Shown: positions 58,596-64,000 of the stretch, piece after piece
Layout: the number at the start of each line of letters is the position of its first letter
How positions within the stretch are numbered: position 1 is the stretch's first letter
Origin: an uncultured Candidatus Rokubacteria bacterium
Lineage (GTDB): Bacteria > Methylomirabilota > Methylomirabilia > Rokubacteriales > DASRDR01
Assembly: GCA_963805625.1 (NCBI GenBank)
Contig: CAWDVE010000010.1
Location: 672,001 to 736,000 of the forward strand
DNA: 64,000 nt
Reading direction: 5' to 3'
Made by a program: the position numbers and the translations under genes
The notes under the pieces: generated by a model
The model's input: the letters and a program-made list of their open reading frames with translations, nothing else
Databases searched by the model: none
What the model was told of the DNA's origin: nothing

Positions 58596-61157
58596 TCACT
58601 CCTCCCGCAGCGCCGACGCGGGCGGAGTCCGCGCCATGCGCCAGGCCGGATACGCCCCCGCGACCAGGGCTGCCAGCACCGCCAGCCCCACGGCCTGGAG
58701 CAGGACGTCCACGGGAACCGTGGTCTCGATCGACCACCCGAACGCCCGGCGGTTGATCACGCGGATCAGGACCAGCGCGAGCCCGATGCCGACGGGTACG
58801 GCGAGCACCCCCGCGATCCCGCCGAGGAGCCCGCTCTCCGCCAGCATCAGCCGCCACACCTCGAGCGGCGTGAGCCCCTGGGCCCGCAGGACTCCAAGCT
58901 CCCGGGCCCGCTCAAGCTGGAGCGCCATCAGCGCGCTCAGGATCCCGATCACGGCCACCCCCGTCGCCAGGACACGCAGCACCGCGGTGATCGCGAACGT
59001 GCGGTCGAAGATCTCCAGCGAAGCTTCCCGGAGCGCCCGATTCGAGCGGATCAGGAGGTCCTGGCCCGGGCCCGCGCGGGCGCGAAGCGTGTCCACGGCC
59101 GCCTGCGGGTCGGTGCCCGGAGCGAGCACGAGCCCAACGGAGGAGACACCGCGATCCTCCCAGCTGGCCTCGTAAGTGCGGCGGCTCACCATCACCACAC
59201 CCTGGTCCGAACCGTAGTCCGCGAAGATGCCGGCGACCGGGAAGGCCCGCTCGCCACGGTCGGTGCGGAGCCGGAGCGTGCTGCCCACGCCGAGGCCATG
59301 CCGGTAGGCGTACGGCTCCGAGACGATTGCCGCACCTCCGTCCTGGAAGGCCGGCCACACGCTCTCGGGAGCTCCCGCCAGGAATCGGAACTGACGGTAA
59401 CTGCCGGGGCCGACGCCCAGCGCTACGAGCTGGGTCGGCCCGAACTCCGAGGCAACGCGCGCGCCCCGGTAGGTGCCAACGGCCTGGACGCCGGGCGCAT
59501 CTCGGAGCCGCGCGATCACCGCCGGATCGAGGGTGGACTCACCTCCGCGGCCCGTGCGGAGTGTCGGGGCGGAGACGTACACGTCCGCGACCAGCGAGGT
59601 CTCGAGCCATCGCACGACCGTCGCGCGAAAGCTCCGGATCATGACGCCGACCCCGACGGTCGCCGAGACGGCCACCATGAGCGCGGCCACCGCCACCCCG
59701 GTCCGCGAGAGCTTCGCGACGACGCCCCGCGCCGCCATGCGGCCCGGTAGCCCGAGAAGCCACCCGAGTCCGGGGCTCGCCGCCCGGGCCGCGCCGATCA
59801 TCGCGAACGGCGTGAGGAGCGCGGCGCCCAGGATCATCGCGAAGAGCCCCGCGTAGCTCCAGGCGAGGCTCCGGCCGGCGCCCGCGACGAGGAGCGTCCC
59901 CACCGCGAGCACCGCCAGGCCGGCCAGCGCCGCGCGGGGCGCCCCGCGGCGCGCGCGGGCCTCCAGCACGATCCGCTGGATCGCGGCGCCTGGGGGCGCC
60001 GCGCTGGCCTCGGCCGCCGGAACCAGCCCGGCGAGCAATGTCGCTCCGATCCCGAGGGCCGCGCCCTTCGCCAGCACCGCCGGCGACACCGCCAGGTCCC
60101 GCACAACCACAACGAAGTACAGGTCGTTGATGGTCCGGGTGACGAGTGTGACGAGTCCGCCGGCGAGGCCCACACCCGCGCCGAGACCGAGAGCCGTCGC
60201 GGCGAGCCCGAGGAAGAGTGCCTCGGCGAGGACGGTCGCGACGATCTCCGCGCGCGTGACGCCGAGGGCCCGCAGCATCCCGATCGTCGCGCGGCGCTGG
60301 ACCACGGAGAACGTCATCGTGTTGTACGCGAGGAAGAGCCCCACCATCAACGCCAGAAGCGACAGGGCCGTCAGGTTCACGTCGAACGCGTGCGTCAGCT
60401 CCCCGACAAACTCGCTCCGTGCCCCGGCCGGGACCACTTCGACTCCTGGGGGGAGCGCCGCCCGAACGCGGGTCAGGACCTCCTCTCCCCGCGGTCCTAG
60501 CGGGAGAACGAGGTCGACGCGAGAGAGCCGGCCCGGCTGGCCGAGAACCTCCTGGGCCGTCGTCAGGTCGGCCACGACGAGGCCGCGGAGCGCCTGCTCG
60601 CTCCGCGCATCCTCCGGCTCGATCAGGCCTACGACGCGCACCGGACGCAACCGCCCGCTCACCCGCAGCACGAGGGTGCCCGAGACGCCCACGCGGAGCT
60701 CGGTCGCTGTCTCGCGGCTCACCAGCACCGCGCCCGGCTCGGTGACGAGTGTCCCCAGCGCGCGTGTCCCGGCCCCCGCCCCGCGCCCTCCTCGCCCAAG
60801 ATATGGGCGAAACGGCGCCTCGCTGAACGGGTCGATCCCGAGAAGCTGGAGCGCGCGGCCAGGCGCCCCTTCGACGCTCACCCACGCCTCGACCACCGGC
60901 GCCACGGGATGAACCCCCACCTCCCGGGTGAGCCGCGGAACCACCCGCTCGTCGACCCCCGCTGACCCGCCGACCACCTGGTGGGTCGCTCGCCCGGTCA
61001 CCCCTTCTGCCGACAGGGCGAACGCCCGCCGGGCGCTCACACTCGCGAGGTCCACCGACACCACCATCGCTACACCGAGCGCGATCCCCAGGACGGACAG
61101 AGCCGCCTGCCACGGATGCCGAGCGAGATGGCGGACGCTGGCGCGGAGGAGGATCAT
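58596..61157 (-). CDS. FtsX-like double-domain ABC permease (AttF/G-like)
   Basis: GIALGVA, FSVVQRR..IG.LRALG, IFDRTFAIT, VINRRAFGW. Confidence 0.9.
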   Translation of the reverse strand: MILLRASVRHLARHPWQAALSVLGIALGVAMVVSVDLASVSARRAFALSAEGVTGRATHQVVGGSAGVDERVVPRLTREVGVHPVAPVVEAWVSVEGAPGRALQLLGIDPFSEAPFRPYLGRGGRGAGAGTRALGTLVTEPGAVLVSRETATELRVGVSGTLVLRVSGRLRPVRVVGLIEPEDARSEQALRGLVVADLTTAQEVLGQPGRLSRVDLVLPLGPRGEEVLTRVRAALPPGVEVVPAGARSEFVGELTHAFDVNLTALSLLALMVGLFLAYNTMTFSVVQRRATIGMLRALGVTRAEIVATVLAEALFLGLAATALGLGAGVGLAGGLVTLVTRTINDLYFVVVVRDLAVSPAVLAKGAALGIGATLLAGLVPAAEASAAPPGAAIQRIVLEARARRGAPRAALAGLAVLAVGTLLVAGAGRSLAWSYAGLFAMILGAALLTPFAMIGAARAASPGLGWLLGLPGRMAARGVVAKLSRTGVAVAALMVAVSATVGVGVMIRSFRATVVRWLETSLVADVYVSAPTLRTGRGGESTLDPAVIARLRDAPGVQAVGTYRGARVASEFGPTQLVALGVGPGSYRQFRFLAGAPESVWPAFQDGGAAIVSEPYAYRHGLGVGSTLRLRTDRGERAFPVAGIFADYGSDQGVVMVSRRTYEASWEDRGVSSVGLVLAPGTDPQAAVDTLRARAGPGQDLLIRSNRALREASLEIFDRTFAITAVLRVLATGVAVIGILSALMALQLERARELGVLRAQGLTPLEVWRLMLAESGLLGGIAGVLAVPVGIGLALVLIRVINRRAFGWSIETTVPVDVLLQAVGLAVLAALVAGAYPAWRMARTPPASALREE

Positions 61158-61867
61158 CCGGCAGCCGGCTCCAGCGTCTCCACCAGACGGCCCTCCTGCA
61201 GGCGGAAGATGCGGTCAGCGAGCCCCACGACCTCGCGGCTGTGAGTCGCCATCACCAGCGTGCGCCCCGCCCGCCGGGTGAGGCGGTCGAGCAGATCGAG
61301 CACCTGCCGGCCCGTGTCGAGATCGAGGTTTCCCGTCGGCTCGTCGGCGAGCACGAGCAGCGGCTCGTGGACCAGCGCCCGCGCCACCGCCACCCGCTGC
61401 TGCTCGCCGCCGGAGAGTTGCTCGGGGAATGCCGGCCCCCGGTCGGCTAGCCCGACCTCGGCGAGAAGTGCGCCGGCCCGTGCTCGCGCGGCGTCACGCG
61501 GCCGCCCGTTCAGCTCGAGCGGAAGGCGGAGGTTCTCCTCCACCGTGAGCGTCGGAATCAGGTTGAAGAACTGGAAGACGAACCCCACGTGGTGCCGGCG
61601 AAACAACGTGCGCCTCGCCTCGGTCGCCCGTGCGAGCGGGAGCCCGTCGACCACGATCTCGCCGGCGGTCGGCACGTCGATCCCGCCGATCAGGTTGAGC
61701 AGCGTGGACTTGCCCGAGCCGCTCCGCCCGATCAGGACACACAGCTCTCCGCGACGGATCGTCGCGTCCACACCGCGAAGCACCACGCGTTCGGCGTCGC
61801 CCTCACGGTACGCCTTCGTGACGCTGCGCAGCTCGACGAGCGGGGTCTCGGTGGCCGGCGCCCTCAT
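61154..61867 (-). CDS. ABC transporter ATP-binding protein (LolD/AttE-like)
   Basis: GRSGSGKS, VFQFFNLIP, LSGGEQQRVA, LADEPTGNLD. Confidence 0.92.
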   Translation of the reverse strand: MRAPATETPLVELRSVTKAYREGDAERVVLRGVDATIRRGELCVLIGRSGSGKSTLLNLIGGIDVPTAGEIVVDGLPLARATEARRTLFRRHHVGFVFQFFNLIPTLTVEENLRLPLELNGRPRDAARARAGALLAEVGLADRGPAFPEQLSGGEQQRVAVARALVHEPLLVLADEPTGNLDLDTGRQVLDLLDRLTRRAGRTLVMATHSREVVGLADRIFRLQEGRLVETLEPAAG

Positions 61868-62646
61868 CCGGCCGCGTCGAGCGCGCCGAAGTGGCAGAGC
61901 CGGATGTCGAGGCGCTCGACGGTCGCGCGCGCCTCGGGATCGCAGAGCGCCGCCAGCTCGACCTCGCGCTGGCGCCCGTAGCGACTGTAGGCGAGGGTCT
62001 CGTCGAAGACGCCCGGATGGCACATGAGCTCGGTGACACCGAGCGGCAGCGTGGCGAGCTGGTCCAGCAGGCGTTCGGTCGTCCAGTAGGGCTCGGCCTG
62101 CGCGTCGCCGACAAACGAGTCCGTCGTGGCGATGCCGTGGCGGCGAAGGCCGTCGCGGAAGCCCGCGTCCTGGCTGCGAAGCGGAACCCGCGCGGTCACG
62201 ACCACGTCCACGACGGCGTCCATCACGCGGGGCACCCGATGGGCGTGATGATGGCTGTCGAGGTGGGTGGGCCCCCGCCCGAAGCGGCGCGCAAACGCCT
62301 CGATCTGGGCCTCGCACTCGCGCCGCACCTCGTCCGGACGCGCCCGCTCCTGGAGCGCCGCCAGATCGCGCCCGAACCGCCCGTCCGCATCAACGAGGGA
62401 TGCGACCGTCTCCGCCGGTGACACGGGCCGCCCCCACGTCAGGTTGAAGTGGAGACCGAGCCCGAGACCGGGCGAGGCGGCAGCCGTGGCGTCCAGCTCC
62501 GGCTGGGCTGGCAGACTCGCCAGAACGGTCGTGCTGGTCACCAGGCCCTCGCGATGGGCGCGAAGGATGCCGCGGCTCACGCCGCCCGTCAGCCCGAAAT
62601 CGTCCGCGTTGACGATGAGCCGTCGCGCCGCCGGTCCCCCGCTCAT
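61864..62646 (-). CDS. ChbG/YdjC/HpnK family deacetylase
   Basis: LIVNADDFG, GLHFNL, PTHLDSHHH, ELMCHPG. Confidence 0.9.
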   Translation of the reverse strand: MSGGPAARRLIVNADDFGLTGGVSRGILRAHREGLVTSTTVLASLPAQPELDATAAASPGLGLGLHFNLTWGRPVSPAETVASLVDADGRFGRDLAALQERARPDEVRRECEAQIEAFARRFGRGPTHLDSHHHAHRVPRVMDAVVDVVVTARVPLRSQDAGFRDGLRRHGIATTDSFVGDAQAEPYWTTERLLDQLATLPLGVTELMCHPGVFDETLAYSRYGRQREVELAALCDPEARATVERLDIRLCHFGALDAAG

Positions 62647-62672
62647 CGCACCAGATCCTCCTCTACTGAAAC

Positions 62673-62984
62673 CTACTGACCGAGGGTGCGCCGGACGTAC
62701 TGGCGCACCTCCTCCGTCAGGAGCGCCTGTCGCCCGCTGTCCGTCCCCGCGTCCTCGAGCAGCTCGAGGTCGAGCACGAGCGGAGTCGGCGCCTTCTTCC
62801 CCGCGTCCAGCTCGACCGTGAACACGCACTGCTCGTCGGACTCGGTGAACACGGCCTTCGCGCGCGTGAAGGAGCTGTCCTCGAGCGCGACCGTCTCCAG
62901 TGCGTGCCGCAGCACCCGGAGGATGCCCTCCTGGGCATCACCGGGCACGGTGCCGAACGCGCTCATCATCCGGATGTCCGCCAT
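62673..62984 (-). CDS. Hypothetical protein
   Basis: RBS GGAGGAGG, ATG 62984, in operon between ggt and the deacetylase. Confidence 0.6.
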   Translation of the reverse strand: MADIRMMSAFGTVPGDAQEGILRVLRHALETVALEDSSFTRAKAVFTESDEQCVFTVELDAGKKAPTPLVLDLELLEDAGTDSGRQALLTEEVRQYVRRTLGQ

Positions 62985-63000
62985 CCCGGGCCTCCTCCGA

Positions 63001-64000
63001 TCAAAATCCCATGGCCGTCGCGGGACGCAGGTGGTCGACGCCGGCGGCAAGCCCCCGGTGCGTGACCTCGATGACTTGCGGCCGGGCGAAGTAGAAGCTC
63101 GAGTACGTCTCGGTGAGTGGCACGATCCGGTGCCCGCGCCGCCGGAGCTCGGAGACGGTCGCCGCCCCCATCCGGTCGTCCACCTGGACCGGGCCGCCCT
63201 CGGTGTGGAGCCGAGGCGCCTCGACGGCCGCCTGCGGGCCCAGCCCGAAGTCTATCAGGTTCGAGAGCACCTGGGGAACCGCCGACACGATCTTCCGGCC
63301 GCCCGGCGCGCCCACGGCCAGGTACGGCGCGCCGTCACGGAGCGCGAGGAAGGGCGTCATGTTCACCAGGGCGCGCTTACCGGGCTCGATGGAGTTCGGC
63401 CGCCCGGGCTCCGGATCGAACCAGATCATCCCGTTCGAGAGAAGGAGCCCCGTTTCTGGCACGACGACCTTGGAGCCGAAGAGGCTGACCGCGGTGTGTG
63501 TGAGCGACACCAGCATCCGGTCGCGATCGACCGCGCAGACCTGCGTCGTGCACTCGCCGGTCGAGCCGGCCGTCGGGGCCCGGGCCGGCTTCGCCCGGCC
63601 GCGCTCGAAGCGCCACGGATCGACTCGCCGCCGCGCGTGGCGCCGGCCGTCGTGGCGGATCCCGGCGGCCACCGCACGGGCATAGGCCTTTCCCCCGAGC
63701 GCGGCCCACGGCGCCCGGATCCGAGCCGGATCCCCAAGCCAGCGGAGGCGATCCTCGAACGAGACCCGGATCGCCTCCGCGCGGAGATGTGCCGCGCGCG
63801 CGCTCGTCGGCCCTCCTGACCCGCCGGACCCGGCCTCGAAGCACTCGAGGACGTTCAGCATCTCGAGCGCGGTCACGCCGCCCGTGGCGCCCGGCATCCC
63901 GAGGAGCGTCACGCCGCGGTACTCACCCGCGAGAGGCTTGGTCACCCTGACGCGATATCGCGCCAGGTCCGCGCGATCCAGGATGCCCTCGCCGCGCCGG
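63001..64000 (-). CDS. ggt: Gamma-glutamyltransferase family protein (5' part outside window)
   Basis: CTTQ..VD...VSLTHT, FGSKVV..TG.LL.NG, PGKR, GAPGG..I, APRLH. Confidence 0.9.
   Translation of the reverse strand, partial: RRGEGILDRADLARYRVRVTKPLAGEYRGVTLLGMPGATGGVTALEMLNVLECFEAGSGGSGGPTSARAAHLRAEAIRVSFEDRLRWLGDPARIRAPWAALGGKAYARAVAAGIRHDGRRHARRRVDPWRFERGRAKPARAPTAGSTGECTTQVCAVDRDRMLVSLTHTAVSLFGSKVVVPETGLLLSNGMIWFDPEPGRPNSIEPGKRALVNMTPFLALRDGAPYLAVGAPGGRKIVSAVPQVLSNLIDFGLGPQAAVEAPRLHTEGGPVQVDDRMGAATVSELRRRGHRIVPLTETYSSFYFARPQVIEVTHRGLAAGVDHLRPATAMGF

Overview
High-GC (~70%) bacterial DNA. Gene content and style suggest a soil organism such as Candidatus Rokubacteria/Methylomirabilota, but this is an inference, not a database result. 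The window has two halves. (1) 1 to ~27,700 is an accessory, heavily decayed mosaic region. Intact catabolic/redox genes (ICL/PEP-mutase, PhoD, Qor, DUF3500, DhpH-like monooxygenase, LLM, nitroreductase, Hsp20) are interleaved with many gene fragments: a liv operon with a large internal deletion, cupins, an SDR, a PIN toxin-antitoxin pair, a PD-(D/E)XK nuclease, GntR, DUF1722 and a dGTPase. It also holds a frameshifted RIT (recombinase-in-trio) element abutting an IS21-derived cassette whose transposase genes are replaced by a cargo methyltransferase. (2) ~27,700 to 64,000 is mostly intact core chromosome: an acyl-CoA cluster, cytochromes c, rimI-tsaB, pyrE-like, a B12 radical SAM, nrdR-glyA, EmrAB, rhodanese/TusA, a class V aminotransferase, an FAD/FeS oxidoreductase, an AttEFGH-like ABC system, a ChbG/HpnK deacetylase and GGT. 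The most notable signals missed by the ORF track are a selenoprotein (glutaredoxin-like UxxC domain fused to a DinB domain, with in-frame UGA and SECIS-like hairpin), a stand-alone transcription unit for an 11-aa polylysine peptide, a 6S-RNA-like rod, and a contracted CxCH heme motif. No tRNA, rRNA or CRISPR array was seen.
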